Position numbers and translations under genes: made by a program | NCBI GenBank assembly: GCA_964019335.1 | Contig: OZ025733.1 | Location: 355,049 to 419,048, forward strand | DNA: 64,000 nucleotides | Direction: 5' to 3' | Origin: Diplonema japonicum | Taxonomy: Eukaryota; Protista; Euglenozoa: Diplonemea | Shown: positions 23,021-34,535 of the stretch, in pieces | How the letters are laid out: the number at the start of each line of letters is the position of its first letter | Position numbering within the stretch: the first letter of the stretch is position 1 | The notes under the pieces: model-generated | Seen by the model: only the letters and a program-made list of their open reading frames with translations | What the model was told of the DNA's origin: nothing | Database searches by the model: none

Positions 23021-23656
23021 GAAGTTTTATGAAACCGGGTTGGTTGTTTTATTGTGGCGAAATTTAAAAAAAAAAAAAAAAAAACAAAGGATGCCAGAAA
23101 ATACGAAGGACGTGAAACATCAAAAGAAAAAGATGAAAAAAGAAAGAAGAGAAAGAAAAAAAAAAAGAAAAGACACATTAACAGGGGTTTTGCTTTCCTC
23201 TTTTTCCGTTTTTTTTTTTTAAAGAAAAAAAAAAAAAGCGAAAAGAAAAGGAGGGGGGAGAAAAAAAGAACGTTCGCCCTTCCGTGTTTTTCTTCTCCTC
23301 CCTCCTCCTTCTGGTCCAGTTCAGTGTTCAGTTCCACTTACCCCTTTATTCCCGTATCTTCTTTTTCTTTCCCCCTTTGTTTGAGTTATTGTGATTGCAC
23401 CCAGATGATGGAGATAAACAAACAAAGTGAATACAGTCGTCACCTCCTAGCCTTGTAGTGGAAACGGACAGCCAAACTCCCTCCCACATAACTGTTTTGT
23501 CAAGCGCATTCTCTTAAAGAAACAGAAAACAGAAAAGTAGTTTATGGTGAAAACTTAAGTTACATCAAAGCGTTGTGGATACCGAGGGGAAAAAAAAGAA
23601 AAAGAAAAAAAAAAGTATTTTTCAAAAAAAAAAAAGAGAGAAAAAAAATAATAAAA

Positions 23657-24841
23657 ATGGAGCCCATCATGGACCGGTATGCGATGGGCTGCGATGCAAG
23701 AGCAGAGGTGGGAATGGTGCCCATCGACTGGGAGTTCTATGCGTTTTCAACCCTTGACGACATGACGAACACAGTGGTACCTGTTTTTCAAAACGCGGAG
23801 GGTGACGAGCTAGCACGAAGCTGGGAAGGGGACCTCTACCAGCTGCGGCGGGCAGTGCCGTACAAACTCATTGGAGACCGCGACAGCGAAGAAGGCGGAA
23901 GGTGCCAAATACAATCTCTTAATGACATATTCCCCTTTGACGGCCCCAGCCTGCAGTGGGACGCCCCGTATTGGGTGGAAGCCAAGCACCTCGACATCAT
24001 CCCTGTCCCACGTTTTTCCCCAACGGCCCTCCGGCTTGTGCTGGAACACGGCTTGCACAAACGGTTTCCTATCTATTCAGCTTACATCGCGAAAAACAAA
24101 AACGAGAAGAAAAAAGAGACATTAGTAATAGTCCTTGCGCCTACCTTTCTTCCCCTGAAGCAGAGCCATCTGTTGCTGTGCCATGAAAGCACGAAGGACC
24201 GGTATTCCGGTGATGACCTGCACGGCATTCAGGAGTATGAAGTCAAGGCATGGAACGCGAGGAATTTCGAAATCCTGTGGACCCCCGAGCACATGGCAGA
24301 GGGGTGCGTGAAGTACAGCACTGGTACCCCTTACCCCTTTCCCTTCACCCCAGAAGAGGTGACTCGTATACTAGGGGAGGCGACCAGGCATAGGGTTGTG
24401 CAAATAGTAGGGCGCTACCCCCGCATCATGCACACTGCTCCTACTGCATGTGCCAACTGCTGGCTTCAAACAGGCTCTTTTTCTGTTTTACTGCGCGAAG
24501 ACGGGTGGGCTGTTGGCATACCAGTACATCACCAAACTACAGTGCAAGGGTACTGGGTGGCTGCTGCTGGTGTGGACGGGTCCCGGTTAGGTTGGGTGCT
24601 TGTCACTGATGACCTGACGCCCACTCAAAGGAGGGTGCTGGAGTCCGTCGTGCCGGGGTTGATCGAAATGTTGAATAAGCCTCAAAAGGCAAACAGCAAA
24701 GGTCGGAAAAAGAAGGGGCCGGTTCCGACTGCGAAACCGTTCCCTTTGTGCGAGACTGTTGAGGATGCTGACGACGTGCCGCCCCGTCTTCTAGACCCGG
24801 AGGCTGCTGAGGTGTGGGCACCTTGGAACTGGAGGCCTTGA
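23657..24841 (+). CDS. Hypothetical globular protein (~394 aa)
   Basis: Long Trp/Tyr-rich ORF; first ATG after the poly(A) leader is at 23657. Confidence 0.7.
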   Translation: MEPIMDRYAMGCDARAEVGMVPIDWEFYAFSTLDDMTNTVVPVFQNAEGDELARSWEGDLYQLRRAVPYKLIGDRDSEEGGRCQIQSLNDIFPFDGPSLQWDAPYWVEAKHLDIIPVPRFSPTALRLVLEHGLHKRFPIYSAYIAKNKNEKKKETLVIVLAPTFLPLKQSHLLLCHESTKDRYSGDDLHGIQEYEVKAWNARNFEILWTPEHMAEGCVKYSTGTPYPFPFTPEEVTRILGEATRHRVVQIVGRYPRIMHTAPTACANCWLQTGSFSVLLREDGWAVGIPVHHQTTVQGYWVAAAGVDGSRLGWVLVTDDLTPTQRRVLESVVPGLIEMLNKPQKANSKGRKKKGPVPTAKPFPLCETVEDADDVPPRLLDPEAAEVWAPWNWRP

Positions 24842-25566
24842 TATTTTCGATTCGGTTTTTTTTCTCTTTTTTTTTTGTTTGGAATAAGAAGAAGGGTGAG
24901 AGGGAAAGGGAAAAAAAAAGGAAAAAAAAAGTGTGGAAAGAGGAGGGGAAAAAAAAGAAAAAAGAAAAAAAAAAAAAAAACTAACTTTTTTTTTTCCTCT
25001 TCTATTCCCTTTTTTTTTTTCTGGCGGGCCGTAGCTAAAAACACATCCCCCACCAAACGAATTTGTGAAATCCCTTGTTCTTTTTTTTTTTTTTATTATT
25101 CATGTATTTTCTTCAAAGATTCAAAAGTCTCGTTCACCTATGTTTCCCCCTTTTCCGCCCTTCTCTTAATTTCTTTTTGAAACCCTTTCACCCTACTCCC
25201 TTATAGTATTTTTGTACTTTCACTTCTTTCTTTTTTTTCGTTTTGGCCTTTCATTTACGTTTCATATTTCTAATCGTTTTCTTCTTCTTTGTTCCTAGTT
25301 TCAGAACACAGAAATTGGCATTGACACCAACCTGGCACCATCTCAGATAGCTGTTTGATGAGGTGAAATGAAGTGGTAGTGGGCCAGCTCAGAATATGAA
25401 AAAGGTTTTTTTTATTATTATTCTCTTCTTTATATTCATTAAGAACGTAAAGGGGGGCTTATGGGGGAGTTGATTTTTTTTTATTTATTTATTTCTCCCC
25501 CCTCCCCCCCCCCCCCCCCCCCACTCCTAACTCCACATTTTTACTTGTCATCGTGTCGTTATTTCT

Positions 25567-25619
<53 letters not shown>

Positions 25620-26130
25620 AACTTTTTTTTTTTGTTCAATCGTTAAAGTAGCTGTATTTAAGGAAAATCACACGAAGTAAATTGAAAAATATTTAAAGAT
25701 TTCTTTTTTCACATTTGTTCAAAATTAGATTCAGCTTGCTTGGAGGGCACCGGGACAAAAGATACAAAAATGCTGCAGGTTTTTTTTTGCGTGTCTGTGC
25801 AAGAGTAGCAAAGAGGCCTCACGCTGGCTTATTAGGACAGCAAACATATTGAGATGTGTACCATGGTTGCATTTTCGATACAACTCCACAGCATGAGAAT
25901 CTAGCATTATTTACTTGGATGTTCACAACTTAACGTATTTTTTCTTTTTATTACATTTCTACATCGGAAAACAAACAGTATAGGTACACTAATGCTTTTT
26001 TTTTTCTTTTTTTTTTTTTTTTTTTTCTTCCCTATGTCAAGCTTAGTGTTCGCCGACGATTTTTCTGTTTTGTTTTCACTTTCTACATATTTCTAAAGGG
26101 AAGCCCCATGGATCTCTTTTTTTCTTTCTT

Positions 26131-26167
<37 letters not shown>

Positions 26168-26290
26168 GCAGCCTTTTTTTTTTTTTATCTATATTCATAT
26201 GCCATTCACGGACATTTGTGCTTTCTGTAGTGTTGGGAAATTATTTTTTTTCATGCTTCATGAAATGTTAATGTAATGTTTTTTTTTTCA

Positions 26291-26546
26291 GGTGGTGGGG
26301 ATAACATGAAAATGTAAGAAAAACATCAGATGTGTTGTTCGCTGTTGACCTCCTCGTCGGTCATCACCGGTAGCGCCCGAGTGGAAGAACATAATGCAGA
26401 TGCTCAGGGTGACGAATAGGCAGCAAACTGCACGAGCGCAAAATCTTGGTTACCCGGGACGCACCGGCTGGGGTTGAGCTGTACACCGCACGCATTAGGA
26501 CGAGTAGACACGTTCTTGTGCAGGGCGCCGCCAACACCGGCCTCCT
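26291..26546 (+). mobile_element. Kolobok-like MITE, copy 1 (GGTGGTGGGG family)
   Basis: TTCA|GGTGGTGGGGATAAC...CCGGCCTCCT|TTAA; clearly homologous to 29802-30087 and 63284-63583. Confidence 0.75.
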
Positions 26547-26649
26547 TTAACTCATTTTTTTTTTTTTTTTTTTTAAGTGTCTTACAAATTGCTGCCTCCG
26601 TAGATATCCATATTTTTTTTCTTTTCCAAAAAAAAAAAGAAGAAAGAGC

Positions 26650-27195
26650 TATTTATTGCCAACAAATTATGAGTCATTATTTAGCTCGAGTTCCCGAATT
26701 TTTTGCACGAGGGCCCGCAGGGCCCTCGTGCAAAAAAACGGTAACGAGAGTTAAATAATGGCTCATTTGGCGGCAAGTAAGTCGTTTTATTTCACTCTTC
26801 GTCATTTGAGTCACTCACTCTTCACTGCTTTCACTGCTGTTTTTTTTTCACGCAGGTCAGCCTTTTTTGGGATTTTCCTAAGGTAATATGGGGTAGCTAT
26901 TTCGCCGTGGCATTTAAAGGGGAAGTAAAGCACTTATTCCCACTTTTAAGGGCTGGAATGGCCTCAGATGGCCAAAAATAGTCAAAATACCCCGTCCCCA
27001 AAATAAGATTTCAGGGGGTTGGGTACATTTTTTCCACGACAAGACCCATTTTTTTCACTCTGAAGCCCCATAATTTAACTCCAAAGTCTCATAATTAACT
27101 CGAAAGTCTCATAAGTTAACTAGTTAATTATGGCGATTTCGCGTTAAATAATGAGGCCCCTAGTGAGTGAAGAAAATGACGAAGAGTGAAATAAA
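26650..27195. mobile_element. Nested palindromic element(s), Crypton-like and non-autonomous
   Basis: Perfect 18-bp stem 26699-26716/26720-26737 within ~65-bp imperfect arms; perfect 22-bp inverted repeat 26786-26807/27174-27195; second hairpin centred on AACTAGTT (~27121). Confidence 0.55.
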
Positions 27196-28369
27196 GAAAA
27201 AAAAGGCTTAATTCGGACTGTCTTATCGAAGGGACGTAGGCATATTTTTTTTCTTTTCCAATGTCTTTTGTTTTATTAAACTATACTTATATATGAAAAA
27301 AAAAAAAGAAAACAAATATCATTCTCCCTTGCCCCCTCTTCTTTCTCTCCCTTCCTCTCTTAATTCTCTTCTTTTTCCCTCCATTTTTTTTTAATGGCGA
27401 CTCTTACGTAACAACTCCTCGAGATCCATGAGTTGGAACAATCTAACCATTCTTTCTTTTTTTTTTTTTTTATTATTATTTTCTAAAGGGAGAAAAGAGA
27501 GGAATAAAAAAAGGAAAATAATCTTCGTTGCCAAATTTTATATTTTTTTTGGAGAAATTATGGAGATTACAATTTCTTCTATGACCTCCTATACTGTAAA
27601 AGTAATCGTCAAGAAAAGGCAATTCTGGCGGCCGGAGATTGTGGGTTTCAGGTCAACTTTGAGACGAATTATTTTCATTCCACAGAATATGTTTTAAAAA
27701 GAAAAAAAAAAGAAGAAGAAACTTTATAATTTAAAGCAGTCAGCGTCGATTTGTGTTTTTTCTTGGATTTCGTGTTTTCCTTGTTATTTTTTTTTTTTCT
27801 CCCTTCGACTTTACAAGTGGCTGTTTTTTTTTTTTTTTTCTTTTCTTTTTCTATCCTAGCAAAGTAAACGAAGAAAGTCGAAGGAAATTTAAATGAGAAA
27901 AAAAAAAAAGCCTGATTTTTTTTTTTTTTTTTTTTTCGGAAAGGAAAAGAAAGAAGAAGAAACTGACACCCTTGCTACAACAGAAATACTTTTTTGTGTA
28001 GATTATACAATGGGGGGGAGAAATTAAAAGAATCCACCTCTCAGGTGATCTAAGCACAAAGCAGAAAACTGATTCCCCTTCCTTTAATTTCAGATAAAAA
28101 TGTCCCAAAAGGAAGAAAAAAAAGAAATCTATCAAAGGCACAATATACAGTAATTTTACAACAAATTATAAAAATGTCGGACTGGCAAAGCCCGGACGGC
28201 ACTTCCGACTAACAATTTTCCCTGAGAGAGAAAAAAAAAACAAAATTCCGGACACCGGTCTCAGCACTTTTTCAGTTTAAATTTTTAAAAAATTAAAAAA
28301 AGAAGAAGAAAAACGGGATCAGTTGAGTAAAAATGGTAATAATACTCAGTTTCCTTTTTTTTTTTTCCC

Positions 28370-28405
<36 letters not shown>

Positions 28406-29801
28406 CCTACTCGTATCTAGAACTGTAACGCAAAGAGAAAAAGAAAAACAAAATTATTTTTTTCTCAAATTTTGGTCGATTGTCCTCTGGAGTCAAAAAA
28501 GAATTTTTTTTCAAACTTTTTTCACGGTGCTACAGTGGCGCAAGAAGGAGTCCTGCTTTTTTTTTCCTTTTTTTTTTTTCACCGATTAGTGAATTTCTTT
28601 CTGAACAGTGGGCACCCATGCACACTGAAATTTTATCGAGTTTTTCTTCGAATTGCGAGCTGTGATGCACCAGAGAGAAAGAAGAAAAAAAAAAGGGGGA
28701 AAGAAAAATGTGTTCTTCCTTTTTTTGAAGGATCTAGCCTTTCGAACATAAAAGAAAACCCTCTTTGAGCTGACATCCCATTATATCTTTTTTTTTTTAA
28801 ACCATTGTGCGCAAACAAAGAATCTTGTAGCTTTTCTTTGCATGAACTTGGACCCTTTACTCAATACACCTTCTTCCGTGTGCTGTACAAAAAAACAGGG
28901 TGTTTTTTTTTCCTTCTTTTTTTTTTTCTCTCCTTTTTTTTTTTCCGATCCAAACTTCCTTAAATCCATAAATACTTCCTTAAACCCTTTGCTACAAGGT
29001 TTCGCTTGATTTTAACTTCTTCATCTCATTTTTTTTTTTGTTTTTTTTTAATTGGTCGATCAGTTCTCATGAGGCACAGAAACTTTAAAAAAGCTTTTTT
29101 TAACTTCTTATATATATATTTATTCTGACAGCTGGGTCGATTTTCTCACAGAAAAAAAAAAAGAAACCTCCTTTTTTTAACCTCATATACGTTCGTGTGT
29201 GATTGCAATTAGTTAAACCTAGGAGGAGGGAGAAAATGAAACCTTCCTTTGAGCCAGATATCCCAGTTACTGTAAAACCCTCTTAGTCTTTTTTTTTTTT
29301 TTTTCTTGTGGGAGAAAATATAAAAATTAAGAGAGCAGTTCGCAGTTTGTTTTTTAACGTGTTGCTTATTTTGTTTTTACAATATTATTGTCGAGACGAA
29401 AACTAGTGTGATGGCAGCGTAATGAGCTATTTTATAGGTAAAATCCCGCTCGTGCGCAAATGAAGCGCCAAATTGGTTTTTTTTTTTCTCTTCCAGACCA
29501 AAGAGAGATATGGCGTGTTCTTGTCTTTTTTTTTTTTTTTTTTTTTTTTTTTGAAGCCGTTTGTTTTCAAATATGCGAACTCGAATGATCCTATTTTTTT
29601 TTTTTTTTTTTTTTTTCGTTCTGTTCCTTTACATGTATTCCTTCAATCACAAAAAAAGAAGAGGGGGGAAAAAAAAAGAGAGAGAAAAAGAGAAAGAAAG
29701 GAGAAAAAAAAAAAAAAAAAAAAAAGAAATGTGTTTTTTTTAAATTTCTTTTTCCTCCCATCTCGGTCATCGAAAGAAAAAAAAGAAACTCGATGATTTA
29801 A

Positions 29802-30087
29802 AGGTAGCCGGTGGGGGCACCCTGCACAAGCACCATTTACTTGATTACAGGGGCGCACCTCGGCCTAGCTGTAGCGTCGTGTCCTTAATGCGTGCGGTGT
29901 TCAGCTCAACCCCAGCCGGGGCGCCCCGGGTAACCAAGATTCTGAGCCCGTGTAGTTTGCTGCCTGTTCGCCACCCAGAGCATCTGCTTCTTCCACTCGG
30001 GCGCTACCGGTGATGACCGACGAGGAGGTCAACAGCGAACAACACATCTGATGTACTTCTTTATATTTCCATGTTATCCCCACCACC
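29802..30087 (-). mobile_element. Kolobok-like MITE, copy 2, inverted relative to copy 1
   Basis: TTAA|AGGTAGCCGG...TATCCCCACCACC|TGAA. Confidence 0.75.
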
Positions 30088-30964
30088 TGAAAAAAGAAAA
30101 AAACCACTGCCGCAAGTATTGCCTTTTGCCGTAAGATTTCGCATTTCCGGGCCAGCCCACTTCAACCCTGGCTCCCCACCTTATTGAGGTGCACTCGCGA
30201 AGGAGTTTCTGGGGATAGAATTTTTAAGCATATTATTTGCGGTGCATATTGAAAAGAAGAAAAGACCAAAAGAGAGATGAACGAGAACCTTGGGAGAAAA
30301 AAGAATTCAAAGAATAAAAAAACCCGTTTTTTTTTTCCTTTTTTTTTTTTATATTGTTCCGTTCTTTTTTTCCCCCCCTTCTTTTTTTCTTTTTTTTTTT
30401 TTTTTACCGGAAATACTGGAAGATCTCCGCCTGGAAAGAAGATCAAAAAAAAAAAGAAATGTCTTTTTTTCCGCGCGAAGGTATTTCCAACGAAAAACGG
30501 TAATTTCAAAAAAGAAATATTTTCATTCATCCCTTGCTCACTTCACCCTGCCTTTTTAATCTCAGAATTTCCACGTCTACCACCCCCTGAAGCCCCCATC
30601 CTTCTTTTATTCACCTCAACGAGACGACAGGCTCTTTTTTATTGTTAGAAAAGGAAGAACGAGAAAAAAAAAAAAAAAAAGCTGAAGAGGATGTGAGGGG
30701 AAAGATTTAATTTTTCTTCCCACCACCTTATTCTCCCCAACGCACTCTTTTTTTAACTTTCCTTCGACTACTAACTTTTCTTTTTCTTTTTCTTTTTTTT
30801 TCCCCCCACCCTTTACCCACCCCCCCCTCCATCGTATTTTTTTTTTCCTCCTTTTTCCCCCCACAATTATTATCAAACCAACACCACAGGGTCATCACCC
30901 CTCTCGCCCCTCCCCCACAAAAAAAAAGGGGAAAGAAGAATAAACCAAAAAAAAAAAAAAAGAA

Positions 30965-32592
30965 ATGTCTAACGAAAGAGTAATAGCAAAATGGCTCACA
31001 AAGGACACAGAAAAAGGGAAAAAAGCAAAACCGGTTGGGGGTGACAGGGTGACGGTAGGCGTCAGGGTGCGACCGATGCTCGGTACCCCAGATGGAGAAG
31101 GGGCCATGGCGAAAGAAGCAGTAGCAGGCCAGTCCGGCTGCAACACAGTGGCCATCAACGACGGCAAGACAAAGAAAAAGGAATACCCCTACGACTACGT
31201 ATTCACCAACAATCAGTACGAGATCTACGACTGCATAGGCAAGGACATGCTCCGGGAGTCCTTCAACGGCTACAACGTCTGTCTTTTCGCATACGGCCAA
31301 ACAGGTAGCGGTAAGACATACACTGTCCAGGGTCTTCCAGGAGCAGGGCTACCGTCAGACCGTAAACTAGAAATAGAAAACGAAGGCATCCTTCCAAGAC
31401 TGATCAAGGATCTCTTCAACGTTGTGGAAGAAATGCTTGAAGACGACTCCAACCTGAACATCAAGGTCACCATGTCGCTTGTGGAGGTGTACAATGAAAA
31501 GGTGCGTGATCTGCTCCCGCAGTCCGTGTTGCAAAAAGGCCAGGAACCGCCTTCATTGGACATCATTCAAACACCCGACAAGAAAATCGAGGTTCTCGGG
31601 CTCACAAAACACACTGTACTGAGCGCGGAAAGAGTGCGCCAGCTTCTGTCGCAGGCGAACAAAAACCGGCAAGTTGCGGAGACAAAAATGAACGAATGCT
31701 CCTCCCGATCGCACACCATTATCCAGCTGTACCTTGTGCAGCAGTATGAAACCCCAGCCCTGCATAACAAGGACTGCGAGTCGTGTATTACCATTGTTGA
31801 CCTCGCGGGTTCGGAAAGACAGTCGAAGACCGAGGCGCAAGGCAGCGCGTTCAACGAAGCAAAGCACATCAACAAATCCCTGCTGCAGCTCGGGATGGCT
31901 TTGAACTCGTTCTCGAGTAAAGGTCAGACACAGCACGTCCCTTTGCGCGATTCTAAGCTAACAAGGCTTCTATCGGAGTCCTTCGGCGGGAACAGTAAAA
32001 CATGGATGCTTGCCACGGTCGCGCCTTCGCTGTACAACTGGAGTGAGAGTGTGTCCACACTGAACTACGCGTCGAATGCGAAGTTTATCACAAACCACGC
32101 GAAACAGAACCGATTGGAGCGTGCGATGGAGATGAAAGATCTTAAGGAGCGGAACAAGCATCTTGAAGAACAACTAGATTTGATGAAGAAGAAAACGGAA
32201 ATGTTGAAAACACAAATCGCAAGCTTGCAAAAAGAAAACGACACGCTTGCCGGTACCGCACAACCCCTCGACTCTGCCAGGCTTATCAAAGAAGAAAGAA
32301 CGAAGCTGTTGTCCTTAAAGAACCAGCTGTCCACTGAACTAGACATGCTCCACAATGAGGAGGAAATTGTGTCGGCCCGGCCGGAGAAGGCGCTCACGGC
32401 ATGGCCTGCGGACTCGCATGAAACAGCAAACAACACGTTCATTGGGAGGGCGAAGGTCTCCTTGAAAAACATCATTGAGCAATCTTCAAAGTTTTTCGAG
32501 CTGCCTCTGAGCAACGAATCAGGGATCAACAAGGGGGACAACGCCACCCTCATGATCAAGATATACCCTGTGGATGCTAAGGTATGTGGGAG

Positions 32593-32631
<39 letters not shown>

Positions 32632-33031
32632 CAAAGGGCGCCCCGGTAACGTCTGCTCCCCCCTCTACCCTCCTTGGCCAGCGGGTTGATTTTGTTGTGC
32701 ACATTATCAGCGCTGCAAATATTCCCGAAGTATTTTTTTTTTTTTTTTAAATTTTACAAAAAAAAAAAAAAAAAAATTGCAGGATTATAGCCGTAAGGTG
32801 TATTGTAAATATGTGTACAAGTGGGCTGAAAAGGATACTTATAAGACTAATGATTCGATTGGGATCAACCCGGAATTTGATTTTAGAAAAAGGTTTGCGT
32901 TTTCAAAGGTGTGTGAGCTTTTCTTTTTGTTTTTTCAAAAGAAGAATAAAAAAAAAAATCAGATGAATGTTGGACTGGTGGAGTATTTCAGAAGCGACAA
33001 TGTCATCACTTTTGAGGTGATTGGTGTTTAG
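30965..33031 (+). CDS. Kinesin motor protein (kinesin-3/KIF28-like) with coiled coil and C2-like tail; exons 30965-32581, 32637-32729, 32783-32908, 32963-33031
   Basis: P-loop AYGQTGSGKT, switch I NECSSRSH, switch II DLAGSE, and VPLRDSKLTRLL. Three GT-AG introns give a C2-like tail (RVDFVVHIISAANIPEDYSRKVYCKY...NPEFDF). Confidence 0.92.
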
Positions 33032-33073
33032 ATATTAAAAAAAAAAAAAAAAGAAAAAGTGATCTCCGAAGAG

Positions 33074-33110
<37 letters not shown>

Positions 33111-34535
33111 TTTTCACCCCTCCTTTCCCAGATTGTTGTTGCTGTTTATTATGGTTTTTTTTTTTTTTTCCTCTCGTTTCCCCCCCCCCCCTTCCCCTGT
33201 CTCTCCCTGAGGAAAACTAAATGGAAATAATCTGGGAGCGGAATGTACGTCTTTCTTGATAGGTCGTGTTTCTATCCCTTTTTTTCGAAGATAGAAGAAG
33301 GGGGGAAAAAGAGAATGCCTGTGCTTTGGGGGGGGGGGGGGGGGGAAAGAGGGGGATATTGCTTTTCTTTATTTAGATTGTTTTTATGATTTTTTATGTG
33401 TTCTATTACCCCCCCCCCCCCCACCTGTCCAGCTTCCCACTTTAAAAAGAAAGCGCAGAAATGAAAGATAAGTGACCCCCCCCCCCCCCAGAAACAAAAC
33501 TTGAATCATAGTATCCAGAGTTAATCGATCCAACTGGTTCTTAAACCTTGAAAACATGGCCACAGGACAGTTATAGTGCATTCAATAAGGCTCTATTTTG
33601 GGTTCGTCAAAAAAGAGGGATAATGTTTTTTTTTTCCTTTTTTTTTGCCAAACATGGGTTTTAGAACGATCACTGTGATTTCTCGGGGGGGGGGGGGGGG
33701 GGGCAGGAATTCAAAACCCGAGGTGATTGGTTATTCCTGGATACTATGTTTAAAATGTAAACGAATTTCTTTTTTCTTTCCCCCCCCCCCCTTCTTCCAT
33801 ATGGCAGCTAATTTTGCCCCCCCCTTTCCTTCGTTCCGTTATTCATCTTTTCCCCCCTTTCTTCTGCCTGTTGGAGGGGGGGGGGGGGGGGAGATTTTTA
33901 TTTCTCTTTTTGTTTCAAGACAGTTTTTTTTTTTTTGGTATTCGATCATTGTAAAGCAGCAAGCAGTAAGGTAGAGAGAAAAAAATGGGGGGAGGGGAGG
34001 GGCTTCGGAAATAGAAAAAGAATGTGTTTTATGTTCTCCTTTCCAGCTAAAAGGAAAGGGAAAGAAGAAGAAAAAGAAGAAGAAAAGAAAAGGATTTTAA
34101 AAAAAGAAGTGAGTACTACTTTATTTATCAGTATAATCTGTTATTTTTGTTTTCTTCTTTTTTTTTTTCCTTTTTTAATTATTCTTCCCACTACGCAGTA
34201 CAGTATTCGGACAGAACCCCCCCTCCGCCTTGATCGGCGAAATTGATGAAGGAATTAATTCCAAAAAAGAAGAAAAGGCAAGGAAATGAAGCTGAGGCAA
34301 GGCTACGATCTTCCACAACAGCCTCACCCTTGAAATTGCACCGGGGGGGGGGTGAAAATATAATTTTTAGAAAGAAACAGCGGCGAGAAAATATATTTAC
34401 GGGGGGGGGGGCATATTTCCGAACACGGTATTTTTCATTTTCTTTTACCCCATTTCTTTTCTTATTCTTTTTCTCCTTCCCCCCTCACATTCCTCAAAGA
34501 GAAAGAAAAAAAAAGAAAAAAAAAAAAAAAACCAC

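Noticed and set aside
30009-30090. C/D snoRNA or hammerhead-like motifs (GTGATGA...CTGA) in the MITE core
   Set aside because: The terminal CTGA is not kept in the 63.5-kb copy, there is no complete hammerhead core, and TE-like termini explain the repeat better.
30166-30215. CCCTGGCTC resembles the start of the ingi/L1Tc 77-nt ribozyme signature
   Set aside because: The complementary GCCAGGG and the rest of the HDV-like fold are absent.
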